52,741 nt of DNA from Nemertoderma westbladi (GCA_032718475.1 JAUCBJ010006837.1:1-52741); one strand, 5' to 3'; shown: positions 12,357 through 23,889, counted from the stretch's first letter. Numbers and translations are program-made. Notes: generated by a model not told the origin, from the letters alone.

Positions 12357-15300
12357 ATGGATCTGCCTGGCAGCTCCAGTTTTATATTGCCGGCTGGAGG
12401 AATCGGGACTGATATCAAAACAGAAATGGATGAAAGCATTGATGCAATAAGAAAATTTAAACAGCATGCCCAATACTTGATCGACCCATCAACAACTATT
12501 AGTCGGAAAGTTGAAGTGGTGCAAGAGATTGGAGAGCAGCTTGAGTCGATTATCGGTACTTCGATATATCCCCAACTTTTGGAACATTTAGTGTCGATGA
12601 TGCTTCTAGTTCTTCAGCAATGCGAACCACAGTTCCTAAGCGACAATCCTTGCCATCAGTTGCGTAAACTTTGTTTGGAAATTACTCACAGGCTACCAGC
12701 GAACGACACATTGAAACCTTTCGCTAAGCAAATACTCAGCACAATATTCAATATGTTGGATAGAGAAAATGAAGAAAACGTTTTGGTCTGTTTGAAAATT
12801 ATTATTGAACTTCACAAACAGTACCGCCCACAAATTCAGCCTGAAATAAGTCACTTTCTTACATTCGTCAGTAATATTTACAAGCAGTTGCCTAATAATA
12901 TCGCTGTGATATTCGAAGAGAAACCAATATTTGGGCCGTTTGCTCCAAGTGATTCTTTAACTGGGGCGACTACTTCAAATACCCTGACTAAAGGGAGCGA
13001 CAGTTTAAAAGTTCTGGCAGAGTTGCCTATTATAGTTGTATTAATGTATCAATTATATAAGGCGAATGTTCACCCAATTATAGTGGATTTTATACCTGAT
13101 ATAATTAGTTGCCTTCAACTTGGCCCACTTCAAGCTGTCAAGGAATTACCGAATTTCGATAAGGAATTATATGCCGATTTCATTGCAGCTCAAATTAAAA
13201 CATTGAGTTTCTTAGCTTATATGATTAGGAGTTACCAAGAGTTGATCTGTACATACCACACCCAGATCGTGAAAGGCGTTCTTACTCTCTTGTACAACTG
13301 CCCACCCGAGGTAGCTCATCTACGGAAGGAGCTACTCATCGCCACCCGCCACATTCTCGCCACAAATCTCCGTGAAAACTTTCTCCCGCAGGTCCATGAA
13401 CTGTTCAATGAGGACCTCTTAGTATCTAAAGGTTGGACATCCTGGGAGAACCTCCGACCGTTAGCCTATTCAACTCTCGCAGACATGGTCCACCATGTCC
13501 GTGCCAATCTTACTTTGCCGAACTCTTTGCTGGCAGTCCATTTATTCTCTAAGAATGTCCATGATGACACTCTCCCAATTGCTATTCAAACTCTCTCCTG
13601 TAAATTATTATTAAATTTAGTCGAAGGAATACGAAGTCACAGCAATCAATCACAGACCGTTTGCTTCAATATTCTATCTCACATGTTGGATGTTTTTATT
13701 CATAAGTTTAAAGTTCTTTCAAAGATTTACATACCGGATGTTCTATACAAGGTCAAACAGATTTCGATGGAGTTGCCTGTTAGTACGACTTCACCTCCTG
13801 CTAGTCCGCAGAAATCACTCCCGGATGCGGCTGAAACCAGTGAATCAGTCCTTAAAGCTACTCAAATTCTCAGTCAACAGATGGCTGATTATAGAACTCT
13901 TGTTAAAACTCTTGTGTGCGGAGTGAAGACACTCACATGGGGGTTGAATGCTTGCCATAGCACGGATATGTCACCTGCAGCCGTGTCTCGCCATTATGAT
14001 CCTCCGGAAATTATCGCCTATGTTGATTTGGTTGAATACGGTTTAAAGTCATTGGATGTGTATAAAGTGCAAGCTGGACCCCGGAACACTTTGGTTATTA
14101 GGCAGTCTAGTGTGCAGACGACCAAACTCAAAGAAGAAAAGGAAACTTTAGAACACTTTGCGGGAATATTTACTTCAATGCCAAATATGTTCTTTAAGGA
14201 AATATTTGCAACAAAGATTGGCTATATTGTTGACAGGATATCGGAAAATTATGCTTTGCAGATTATTGTTAATTCATTTCTCGCCAGCACAGTAACTTCG
14301 GCCAGTTTCGCTACAATTATGATTAATTATCTTTTAGAGAATATGGAAGAACTGGGAAAAGTCGTCGATCACAGCGCATTGTATTTAAAACTCTTTAAGC
14401 TTGTGTTTGGTTCGGTTTCTCTATTTGCTAATGAGAATGAACAAATGTTGAAACCGCATTTGAGCGCAATTGTTATTAGGAGCATGGATTTGGCACAAAG
14501 TGCCAAAGAACCCTTCAACTATTTTCTGCTCCTTAGAGCATTGTTTCGTTCCATAGGAGGTGGCAGCCATGACCTTTTATACCAGGAATTTCTCCCCTTG
14601 TTGCCAGACCTCCTCCAGGGATTGAACCACCTCCAATGCGGTTTACACAAGCAGCACATGAAGGATCTTTTTGTAGAATTGTGTCTCACTGTTCCAGTCC
14701 GACTGAGCACACTGCTGCCCTATTTGCCGATGCTAATGGATCCCCTTGTGTCGGCCCTCCATGGCTCCCAGAGTCTTGTTAACCAGGGTCTCAGAACCCT
14801 CGAACTATGTGTGGATAATCTCCAACCCGACTTTCTCTATGAACACATCCAGCCAGTTAGAGCCGAGCTAATGCAGGCCCTTTGGGAAACATTACGAAAT
14901 TCCAATGAACAAATCGCCCACAGCGCTTTTCGCATACTCGGAAAGTTTGGTGGTGGCAATCGTAGGATGATTATGGAGCCCCAAGTATTGCAATATCATT
15001 CTGGTGATGTTGGACCATGTTTAACTTTACATTTTGATGGCGTATCACAGCCTATACTATTACCAGTTAAAGTCTCTATCAATACGGCATTTCAAAAATT
15101 GAAATCAACCAATGTGGACATATATTACAGGAGACAAGCATGGGAAGTGGTTAAATGCTACCTGATATCTGTTATGGATCTCTCAGATACATCTCATAAA
15201 CTTCTGAAGTTGTTCCAACACATTGATTTTAAAAACTGTGATTTTAAAGAATCTGTTCCTAAGCCAGTCGAAACAGCTGATAACTCTGTTTATGTTGAGG

Positions 15301-18300
15301 CACTGACATCGGCCTTCCTATGTGCTGCCATCAAGGATTTACGTCCCTGTGCTCTGCCATTTTTGGCTAACATTGTCCGTCACTTCACAATGCTTTCAGT
15401 TGCTAATTATGTGTTTGGAAGTACGGCAAAGTCTAGTATTCAGAATATAAACCACGATGACATACTGCTGGAATCAATTTCCATCTGCATGGGTCATGAA
15501 GAAAAGGAGTTGTGTAAAATCGGGGAACTTATTATGAATATTATTGTGGATACTGTTGTTGATTTGGTTGGCAGCAAAGACAGAGCTTGCAGGTTACCAC
15601 TATTCGACAGTCTTGCTGAGAAGCTGGTTCTTTGCTGCTATGAAAGGTCGTGGTTTGTTAAACAAGGTGGCTGCTTGTCAGTCCGTTTCCTTATAGACAA
15701 TATGACATTAGTATGGGTGTTGGGTCATGCCTTGGGATTTCTGAGGTCTTTATTTTTCGTTATTTTGGATTTGTCCGGGGAAGTTTCGAATGGCACCATT
15801 GACGTGAGTAAAGATGTTATAAATAAACTTTTAATGAGATGTGCTACCCCCTGCGACATCATGTCATCCCAACAGAATAATGTTCTTGCCAGTATTATTA
15901 AAGAACTTGTTTCTGAAGTGACCAACTCCAATAATATTGTTAGACATTTTACCATGGAATGCTTAAACACCATAGCAAATCTTAAAAGTGTCTCTGTAAG
16001 TGAACTAATTTCTCCTCATAAAGAAGTTATTGGAGACATGATCCCACCAAGGAAACATAAATTAAGAAATCAGCCACTAAATGCCCAAATTGGTCTCCTT
16101 GAAGGCAACACATACTGTACCAGTCTCGAACCGAGTTTGTTTTCGTATGATCTATCTATTACTGAGCACCAGGCCTATTTAACCGAGTTGTGTGGTATAT
16201 GTGAATGTGATGACATTCAGATATCCAAACTGCCGTGTTATAAAGATATCAAATCAACAATACCTTTACGAGCAGCCGCACTCAAATGCTTGGCTTCCTG
16301 TCATTACTTAACCCCTTTAAGGGATAAAATATTTCGTATTTTGTTTAAAACTCTGGACAGCACTGATGACAAACTACAAATTGTTGGCTTTGAGGCAATG
16401 AAACAGTTTCTCAGCGGTTGCAGCAATGCTGACTTTCGCAATGAGGTTCATAACATTTCTCGGCCATTGTTGACGACTTTAGGAGATCATAAGCACATTA
16501 ATTACAATGTTGCTACTCGACTCTCTGGTGTCACTAAGCTCTTCCCGCACTCTTTCAATGAGCGCCTTTGTGATCAATTAATAGATCTTTTGAAGAAGTG
16601 GCTCAATGATGCTTCAATAAGTGGTACCGGTAATGATAAACCAATATCTAGTGAACTTGAAATATGCACAGCTATTTTGAATATCTTCCGTGAAATTCCC
16701 GCAGCTTCATCAAAATTGCTCGAACCTTTGGTTACCATTATATTAAAAGGAGAACGCGATATGTGTTTAGAGACCAGCTCGCCATTCCGTGCACCACTTA
16801 TTGGATATTTATTGCGGTATCCAGCTGAAACCGTAGAAGTTTTCTTTGGAGAGACTATGTCTTATGAGGAACAATGGCGAAATCTATTTGTACACATGGT
16901 AAAGCACAAAGATGCGCAACCTTTGCGATTGTACATGGAGTCTTCGCCCCATTGGTTCAAAGATATTGGGGTAATGTTTAACTCGCATGGCATGTCTCCA
17001 ATATCAATTCAACAATTGGAGGTGGAATACTTTATTCTGCAAGTTATAACTAGTCTAACAAAAAACCGGCCAACCTGGCTGTTGGAACAAGTTCCCTTAT
17101 ATTACCAATTGCATCAGTTATGGATGAATGATAACTTCCACAATAGACAATCGCCAGATGCATTACATATACATTGGCGAGAAATTGGACTTGTTTGCAA
17201 ATGTTTGTTTCTCGTTTATAAAATCAACCATAACGATTTCAATTTGTTGTTCGAACTTCTTCGTGTATTTACATATCGCAATGTTTACAGTTTTAATTTT
17301 CTGAAGAAATTTATTGATACCGATGTTGTAGCTTATGACATATCCAAAAAAAGGGAAATGTTTTTCAAATTCATTGAGCTCTACCATGATCCAATGTGCC
17401 AGGATTCCCTCAAAACTAAGGTTATGCAGTACATTATTATACCTTGTTTCGAATCTACACTGAAGACTGGCTCAGTGGATGATCTAATTGGAGGGGAACC
17501 TAACCCTGATATGGATTTGCCGGAAAACATTATTTCGGTATTTATTGGCACTATTATTGACCCTGCGAAACCATATGGAGTTGCAGATGGCATGCGAATA
17601 ATGTTCCTTCAGTTTTCCTCTTTGTTAGTCGAGTATGCCTCTTTGCATATCCACGACATAAAAAACAAGAAACAAGGAGACAAACTGCGTCGCTTGATGA
17701 CATATGCGTGGTCTTGTCTTCTTAATAAACAGTCAGTTGATCCTTGTATGAGATATCATGGCCATCTGTTACTTTCCCACATAATCGCTAAATTTGCCAT
17801 TCACCGTAGAATTGTACTACAGGTGTTTCATAGTTTATTGAAAGCTCATGCTGTGGAAGCCCGAAGTGTTGTAAAGCAAGCTCTAGACATATTGACCCCG
17901 GCAATTCCAAATAGAATGGACGATGGTAATAATATGCTTCAACATTGGACAAAGAAAATTATTATTGAAGAAGGCCAAAGTGTTGGACAGCTTGTTCACA
18001 TTCTTTCACTTATTGTGAAACAACACGATGTTTACTATCCTGTTCGACATCAACTCATACCACATATTATAACTGCCATCCAGAGGCTTGGTTTCACTGC
18101 AACAGCCTCAATTGATCATAAGAAACTCGCTGGAGACCTTGTCGATATTATACTGAAATGGGAGATGAAATGCGCCAAAGACAAGCGATTTGCAGAAGAA
18201 ACAAACAGTGGTGGTAGCCAAGACAATGTTGAATATCAAACTTCAATGTCAATAGATAAGTTGCATTCTGATGCAATATGTAACTTTCTTTTGCGAATTG

Positions 18301-21300
18301 TTTGTACTGCAGCAGATAACACGAATGCTGCAACAAATCAGGGTGAAATGGTATCACTTCGATGTGGTACACTGCTAAAAACGGCCCTCAGTCAGTCTCT
18401 TTGGCCAGATGCTGATTTAAAACTGTCATTTATGGATAAGATATTGCATAGTATTGACCAGAGTACACCCACTGTAAATTACACAAATATTTACACAATA
18501 TTGGAGTTTCTGCACTACTTATTGGATATAATGAGTAAATCTAAACTCCTAAGTGGGTTGAAGTCATTACAACGCTCGCTCGCTTCTTGTCTTTCATCAG
18601 ATGATTCCAAAGTTGTGAAGTATTTAAATCAACTTCTATCTAAGATGTTTGTTCTTTTTCCCATTGAGCCTTGGGTTGCAACACCAACCGGGGCATCGCG
18701 CTCTGAAGCGCATCTTCTGTACGCTAAATTTGAAGAATTGGAGAATTTGTATGCAGCTATCGCTAAGAACATTGTCGAAGGTTTGGTAGCATATGAGAAA
18801 ACCCAGACTGGAGGTCAGCAACCTTTATACTCTGTGTTGTTACTTATGAAGTCAGCATGCTCAGTCACTCCTAATTATGGCGATAGGCTGCTACAAATCT
18901 TATACCGTTGTTTGCAGAAAGCTATACGTGAACATGTCATGCAAGCGACTTCATCTGATAGTATCAGCAGTGAAGTCATTGCCTTGATGCTAGATTTATT
19001 GAAATCTAGATTTTCTATAATGCAGACTGAGATGAAACGTAGTTTCATTCAAATGCTAGTGGGTTCGCTGATAGAGAAATCGCCTTGCAATAAAGCCGTT
19101 GGTTCTGTTGTTAAGATTATGGATGATTGGATGAAATCTCAAGATACTACTAATGGACCTTCAATACGAGAAAAATCTATAATATTAATCAAACTCATGA
19201 TAAATGTTGAGAAACGATTTGCTGATGACCAAGAGCTAGTGTCGGCATTTTTAGATCTAGTTCATGGTATTTATAATGATAGCAGTTTTGCAGGCAGTGA
19301 GCTAACAGCAAAGTTGGAACCAGCATTTATGTCTGGTCTCAAATGCTCCATACCAAAGATTAGAGCGAAATTCTTCGATTTAATTAATAGCAGCATGAGC
19401 AAAAGTTTGTATATCCGTATGTTATACATTATCAGTGCCCAAAATTGGGAGCACATGGGGCATTACTTTTGGATAAAGCAGGTTATTGAAATGTTACTTT
19501 GTTCAGTTGATAAATCTCTTGGTGTAGCCTGCACTACACCTGAGTTCACACTGCCTGCAGTTAGTAATTTTTTGCCTTGTGGTGTTTCTTCCACTGATAT
19601 AGAAATGGCGTCGGCATCTACTGTTATAGAGACGTATGACTTGGATACGTTAGACGAAGATAGTCTACAATCTGCTATTAAGCCACATGCTGAACAGTCT
19701 CCAGAGGAGAGATTGGTGCATCTCGCTTCCAGGCATAGCAAATTTATATCGTCTTTAAAGGATGCCACAACTCTTGGTTATTTGAATGCCTTCGCTCAGT
19801 TGTGTCGACTGGATGCGGAATTCGCCCATAAATCGTTTGTTATTTTATTCCCCCGACTGTGGGCTATCCTACCACAGCAGAAACGCGATATTTTAGCTGG
19901 AGAAATAGGACCATTCCTCTGCAGCGGCAGTCACAATGTGCAGCGCGACTGCCACCCAAGTGCAATAAACACTGTTGTCGAAGCATTGTCAAATTGCCTT
20001 CCTCCTGTCTTCATCCAACCCCTGGTGTTGAAGTTCTTAGCTAAGACACATAATTTGTGGCATCGCGCTTGTCTGACGTTGGAAAGAACTATTGCGGAGC
20101 ATAGTGGTTTTTCCCAAAATAAATCTAACATCAACATTAATCTGCAAGCATTAAATACTAGTCAAAACACTACAAATTTGCAAGAATGCATGGATGCTTT
20201 GGCTGATATTTATGGTCTACTACAAGAGGAGGATTTGTTTGCAGCTCTATGGATATCTCGATGCAAGATGGATGACACGGCTGTTGGACTTCGGTATGAA
20301 CAACAAGGATTCTACCAACAGGCCCGCCAAGTCTACGAGGAAGGCATGGACCGAGCTAGAAGCGACTACAACATAAGTAATAACCCTCTAACGGTATTAC
20401 CCGAACTACGTCTGTGGGAGCAGCGTTGGATTCGTTGTTCCCGGGAGTTGAATGATTGGACTCTTCTTAAGGAGTATGGGTCGTCAAGGCAACATCCCAA
20501 TCCCCATCTGGTGCTGGAGTGCGCATGGCGGGTCCCCAACTGGAACTCCATGAAGGATGCCCTCCAACAAGTAGTGGAAGGGAATTGCCCCAAAGATATG
20601 GTCGCTAAGGTGAATCTCTATCGGGGTTATTTGGCTATCTGCCATCCGGACGAACAGCATCTAAACGTTGTAGAACGTCTCGTCGAGATGTCGAGTAGTC
20701 AGGCCATCAGGGACTGGAGAAGACTTCCTTACATGGTGAGTCACGCCCATATTCCGTATTTACAACTCAGCCAGCAGATAATGGAACTACAAGAAGCCTC
20801 TAATGTGCAGCAGGGATTAGTTACCGGTCAAATTGGTCGCAATAACAGCATCCACGATATGAAAGGAGTGGTAAAGACATGGAAAAATAGACTGCCAACT
20901 ATTGCAGATGATTTAAGTCATTGGAGTGATATTCTAATGTGGAGACAGCATCATTACCAAGCGATAGTAAATGCTTATGAAGGGTTGACTGCTGGGGGTG
21001 GGACAGTGACACCTCCATCGTCAGTAACCGGCGAACAACAGACTATGGCGAATAACAGCGCGATGCTTGGCGTCCATGCTTCAGCTCAAGCAATTATTCT
21101 CTACGGGAAAATAGCCCGGAAACAAGGATCTACTGGCGTCTGTCTCGACACACTCAGCCAGATTCATACCATACCCAGCGTCCCCATACTGGACTGTTTC
21201 CAGAAGATCAAACAGCAGGTGAAATGTTACCTGCAGATGGCCAACGTGTTGGGCAACTCTGAGTTGCAACAGGGTCTAGAGCTGATTGAGTCAACCAATC

Positions 21301-23573
21301 TCAAGTATTTCATTAAAGATATGATCGCAGAATTTTATGCGTTGAAAGGCACATTCCTCGCGCAAGTTGGACAATCCGATGAAGCGAACAACGCCTTTTC
21401 CGCTGCTGTACAACTTCACGATACGTCCGCTAAGTCCTGGTCCTCGTGGGGCGAATACATCGAACAAGTATTTATCAAGAACTCTCGTGTGAATATCCAA
21501 CTCGCTACTGAAGCGGTTATTTGTTTCTTACACGCCACTCGGCATCAGAATGAACCGAAAGCTCGAAAATATATCGCCAAGGTTTTCTGGTTTCTCAGTT
21601 TCGATGACAGCCAAGAGAAACTCTCAGAAACGGTGGAGAGATACGCCCAGGGAGTGCCGCCTGTGGTGTGGTTGCCTTGGATACCCCAGTTAATGACGTG
21701 TCTAGTGCGTAAGGAAGGTAAACAGTTGTTGCACCTGGCGAGCACGGTTGCCCGGAACTATCCCCAGGCCGTTTACTTCCCTATCAGGACGCTCTATCTG
21801 ATACTGAAGATCGAGCAACGGGAGAAGTTTAAACTGATGGATTCTGTAAACGATGTCGGTGCCAGTAGCCATAGCGATATGGATGTCGATAAGAGCGACT
21901 CGCAGATTGAGTCGCAGTCGATCCGAGCCACGCCCAGTATGTGGCGTTGCTCTCGGATAATGAACCTACAGCGGGATATCCACCCGTCGCTATTGGCCTC
22001 CCTGGAGGGGATAGTGGATCGGTTGATTTGGTTCCGGGAGAACTGGTACGAGGAAGTTCTTCGTCATCTGCGACAGGGTTTGAGTCTCTGCTACACGGCG
22101 GCGTTCGAGCAACGACGCTGCGACTGTCTCGCGCCCCCACAAGTAATCGCGTTCATAAGTAAGTTAATCACCACGTTTGGTTCGTCGCAAGACGCCTCAT
22201 TGTCTCTAATGGGTAACAGCGGACAGAGAGTAGCTACCCGCGATACCGGATTCCAGAAACTCAAACAACAATTCATTGATGATTTGAACTTGAAACAACC
22301 GGGGAGCTCTAGACTCCATACTTTGATACAGAAACTTAAAAAATGGGTTAATATTTTAGAAGCGAAATGCCAACTTTTGCCTAAATTGTTTTTACTCGAA
22401 GAAAAGTGTAGGTTTTTGAGTAATTTCTCTAATACGACAGCAGATGTTCGTTTACCTGGGGAGTTTTTACTCCCTAAACACAGCCACTATCTGATCAATA
22501 TCGTGCGATTCCTTCCTCGCGTGAACACCGTCTACAAGCACGGCTCCTACGCGAAACGCCTCACCATGCGTGGCAGTAACGGCAAGATTTACCCCTACCT
22601 CGTAATGAACGACTCCATGACGGAATCCCGCAGGGAGGAACGCGTTCTACAGTTCCTCAGGTTGATCAACAATCTATTTTGTAAGCGGAAAGAAACTGCC
22701 AAGAGATTCATCGGGTTCTCTCTTCCCGCTGTCGTTCCAATTAGTCCACAGATGCGACTTATAGAAGAAGACGAATCTTCTCTATCTCTTTTCGACATCT
22801 ACAAAGAGTCGAGGAAGAACCGCGATTATTATTCCCCGTTATCGAAATACTACGATAAACTCAACTTATTCCAATCGCGCGGTTTAGAGACAACAAATAA
22901 AATGCTTATTGATATATTTACAGAAATACAAAGTGGCGAGGTTTCCGAGAGCTTGGTGCGTCGCTGGGCGTTACGGACTTACCCAACTCCCACCGAGTAC
23001 TGCACATTCCGACGGCAGTTCTGCAACCAGATGTCGCTGTTAGGATTCGTCGAGTTCGTCCTCCACCTGGACACGGTGGCCCCATCTCGGATCGAACTGA
23101 GTCGCGAGTCCGGGTGTCTGAAGCCGCTGTTCTATCACTTCGACCTGATGAGTAGCGGCGTGTTGGACGCCAACCGGGCCGTCCCCTTCCGACTGACTCC
23201 CAACCTCAGGGAACTCCTCACCCCTACCGCGGTGCGGGGCTCGCTCACCGCCAACATGGTCGCCATCGCTCGCTGTCTCATCGAGCCCAACTTCTCCGTG
23301 GAGAGCGTCCTCAGGGCGATCTTCAGGGACGAGATCATCTACTGGGATAAGAAACGGCGTCACGACGTGTCTAACATCGTTAGCGACGACGACGATTTGG
23401 AGCGGTGTCAGCTGATTAACCTGGTGGACGCCGCCGTTTCCTCGATATCCATGCGGCTACAGAACATGGCGGAATACCGCGGAGGGGAGAGTAAAGTAAC
23501 AACTCTAGTCGCCGCCGCAGAAAGTCCTGATAATCTCGCGCTTATGGATCCTGCGTGGTTCCCTTGGCTGTAG
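12357..23573 (+). CDS. TRRAP: Transformation/transcription domain-associated protein (TRRAP/Tra1; PIKK pseudokinase scaffold of SAGA and NuA4/TIP60), single-exon CDS
   Basis: 3738-aa ORF with Kozak context gccATGG; TRRAP motifs SLKVLAELPIIVVLMYQLYK, AAQIKTLSFLAY, LRPLAYSTLAD, RALFRSIGGGSHDLLYQEFLPLLP, ELCLTVPVRLS, SRREER, VPFRLTPN; FATC end MDPAWFPWL; the kinase DRH/DFG motifs are absent, as expected for TRRAP. Confidence 0.98.
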   Translation: MDLPGSSSFILPAGGIGTDIKTEMDESIDAIRKFKQHAQYLIDPSTTISRKVEVVQEIGEQLESIIGTSIYPQLLEHLVSMMLLVLQQCEPQFLSDNPCHQLRKLCLEITHRLPANDTLKPFAKQILSTIFNMLDRENEENVLVCLKIIIELHKQYRPQIQPEISHFLTFVSNIYKQLPNNIAVIFEEKPIFGPFAPSDSLTGATTSNTLTKGSDSLKVLAELPIIVVLMYQLYKANVHPIIVDFIPDIISCLQLGPLQAVKELPNFDKELYADFIAAQIKTLSFLAYMIRSYQELICTYHTQIVKGVLTLLYNCPPEVAHLRKELLIATRHILATNLRENFLPQVHELFNEDLLVSKGWTSWENLRPLAYSTLADMVHHVRANLTLPNSLLAVHLFSKNVHDDTLPIAIQTLSCKLLLNLVEGIRSHSNQSQTVCFNILSHMLDVFIHKFKVLSKIYIPDVLYKVKQISMELPVSTTSPPASPQKSLPDAAETSESVLKATQILSQQMADYRTLVKTLVCGVKTLTWGLNACHSTDMSPAAVSRHYDPPEIIAYVDLVEYGLKSLDVYKVQAGPRNTLVIRQSSVQTTKLKEEKETLEHFAGIFTSMPNMFFKEIFATKIGYIVDRISENYALQIIVNSFLASTVTSASFATIMINYLLENMEELGKVVDHSALYLKLFKLVFGSVSLFANENEQMLKPHLSAIVIRSMDLAQSAKEPFNYFLLLRALFRSIGGGSHDLLYQEFLPLLPDLLQGLNHLQCGLHKQHMKDLFVELCLTVPVRLSTLLPYLPMLMDPLVSALHGSQSLVNQGLRTLELCVDNLQPDFLYEHIQPVRAELMQALWETLRNSNEQIAHSAFRILGKFGGGNRRMIMEPQVLQYHSGDVGPCLTLHFDGVSQPILLPVKVSINTAFQKLKSTNVDIYYRRQAWEVVKCYLISVMDLSDTSHKLLKLFQHIDFKNCDFKESVPKPVETADNSVYVEALTSAFLCAAIKDLRPCALPFLANIVRHFTMLSVANYVFGSTAKSSIQNINHDDILLESISICMGHEEKELCKIGELIMNIIVDTVVDLVGSKDRACRLPLFDSLAEKLVLCCYERSWFVKQGGCLSVRFLIDNMTLVWVLGHALGFLRSLFFVILDLSGEVSNGTIDVSKDVINKLLMRCATPCDIMSSQQNNVLASIIKELVSEVTNSNNIVRHFTMECLNTIANLKSVSVSELISPHKEVIGDMIPPRKHKLRNQPLNAQIGLLEGNTYCTSLEPSLFSYDLSITEHQAYLTELCGICECDDIQISKLPCYKDIKSTIPLRAAALKCLASCHYLTPLRDKIFRILFKTLDSTDDKLQIVGFEAMKQFLSGCSNADFRNEVHNISRPLLTTLGDHKHINYNVATRLSGVTKLFPHSFNERLCDQLIDLLKKWLNDASISGTGNDKPISSELEICTAILNIFREIPAASSKLLEPLVTIILKGERDMCLETSSPFRAPLIGYLLRYPAETVEVFFGETMSYEEQWRNLFVHMVKHKDAQPLRLYMESSPHWFKDIGVMFNSHGMSPISIQQLEVEYFILQVITSLTKNRPTWLLEQVPLYYQLHQLWMNDNFHNRQSPDALHIHWREIGLVCKCLFLVYKINHNDFNLLFELLRVFTYRNVYSFNFLKKFIDTDVVAYDISKKREMFFKFIELYHDPMCQDSLKTKVMQYIIIPCFESTLKTGSVDDLIGGEPNPDMDLPENIISVFIGTIIDPAKPYGVADGMRIMFLQFSSLLVEYASLHIHDIKNKKQGDKLRRLMTYAWSCLLNKQSVDPCMRYHGHLLLSHIIAKFAIHRRIVLQVFHSLLKAHAVEARSVVKQALDILTPAIPNRMDDGNNMLQHWTKKIIIEEGQSVGQLVHILSLIVKQHDVYYPVRHQLIPHIITAIQRLGFTATASIDHKKLAGDLVDIILKWEMKCAKDKRFAEETNSGGSQDNVEYQTSMSIDKLHSDAICNFLLRIVCTAADNTNAATNQGEMVSLRCGTLLKTALSQSLWPDADLKLSFMDKILHSIDQSTPTVNYTNIYTILEFLHYLLDIMSKSKLLSGLKSLQRSLASCLSSDDSKVVKYLNQLLSKMFVLFPIEPWVATPTGASRSEAHLLYAKFEELENLYAAIAKNIVEGLVAYEKTQTGGQQPLYSVLLLMKSACSVTPNYGDRLLQILYRCLQKAIREHVMQATSSDSISSEVIALMLDLLKSRFSIMQTEMKRSFIQMLVGSLIEKSPCNKAVGSVVKIMDDWMKSQDTTNGPSIREKSIILIKLMINVEKRFADDQELVSAFLDLVHGIYNDSSFAGSELTAKLEPAFMSGLKCSIPKIRAKFFDLINSSMSKSLYIRMLYIISAQNWEHMGHYFWIKQVIEMLLCSVDKSLGVACTTPEFTLPAVSNFLPCGVSSTDIEMASASTVIETYDLDTLDEDSLQSAIKPHAEQSPEERLVHLASRHSKFISSLKDATTLGYLNAFAQLCRLDAEFAHKSFVILFPRLWAILPQQKRDILAGEIGPFLCSGSHNVQRDCHPSAINTVVEALSNCLPPVFIQPLVLKFLAKTHNLWHRACLTLERTIAEHSGFSQNKSNININLQALNTSQNTTNLQECMDALADIYGLLQEEDLFAALWISRCKMDDTAVGLRYEQQGFYQQARQVYEEGMDRARSDYNISNNPLTVLPELRLWEQRWIRCSRELNDWTLLKEYGSSRQHPNPHLVLECAWRVPNWNSMKDALQQVVEGNCPKDMVAKVNLYRGYLAICHPDEQHLNVVERLVEMSSSQAIRDWRRLPYMVSHAHIPYLQLSQQIMELQEASNVQQGLVTGQIGRNNSIHDMKGVVKTWKNRLPTIADDLSHWSDILMWRQHHYQAIVNAYEGLTAGGGTVTPPSSVTGEQQTMANNSAMLGVHASAQAIILYGKIARKQGSTGVCLDTLSQIHTIPSVPILDCFQKIKQQVKCYLQMANVLGNSELQQGLELIESTNLKYFIKDMIAEFYALKGTFLAQVGQSDEANNAFSAAVQLHDTSAKSWSSWGEYIEQVFIKNSRVNIQLATEAVICFLHATRHQNEPKARKYIAKVFWFLSFDDSQEKLSETVERYAQGVPPVVWLPWIPQLMTCLVRKEGKQLLHLASTVARNYPQAVYFPIRTLYLILKIEQREKFKLMDSVNDVGASSHSDMDVDKSDSQIESQSIRATPSMWRCSRIMNLQRDIHPSLLASLEGIVDRLIWFRENWYEEVLRHLRQGLSLCYTAAFEQRRCDCLAPPQVIAFISKLITTFGSSQDASLSLMGNSGQRVATRDTGFQKLKQQFIDDLNLKQPGSSRLHTLIQKLKKWVNILEAKCQLLPKLFLLEEKCRFLSNFSNTTADVRLPGEFLLPKHSHYLINIVRFLPRVNTVYKHGSYAKRLTMRGSNGKIYPYLVMNDSMTESRREERVLQFLRLINNLFCKRKETAKRFIGFSLPAVVPISPQMRLIEEDESSLSLFDIYKESRKNRDYYSPLSKYYDKLNLFQSRGLETTNKMLIDIFTEIQSGEVSESLVRRWALRTYPTPTEYCTFRRQFCNQMSLLGFVEFVLHLDTVAPSRIELSRESGCLKPLFYHFDLMSSGVLDANRAVPFRLTPNLRELLTPTAVRGSLTANMVAIARCLIEPNFSVESVLRAIFRDEIIYWDKKRRHDVSNIVSDDDDLERCQLINLVDAAVSSISMRLQNMAEYRGGESKVTTLVAAAESPDNLALMDPAWFPWL

Positions 23574-23889
23574 CTCCATTACTAACTCTTTTATATATTT
23601 TTTAAATACCAAGGCATCTTACCAAACCGTGTATAGAAGGCTTAGTTACATTACGTCTACTTTATCAGCGTTTCGTGGGAACCTCGTAACCCTGCAAAGT
23701 ATTACTTTACAGAGTTGTGGTCTATAGGACGGAACGCTGCAAAGTAATCAAACAACTTTAGGTTGTACTGTAGTAGCTGTGGTTTGTTGCTAAAAGGATA
23801 GGAATTTCATAAATATTCTTTACAATATTAAAGTAACATTCAAACCTCGATAACGCCGATAAGTTGACATAATGTAACAAATTACAGAT

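Noticed and set aside
22440-23573. Active PIKK kinase (ATM/ATR/mTOR)
   Set aside because: The catalytic DRH..N and DFG motifs are absent, which is normal for TRRAP and not novel.
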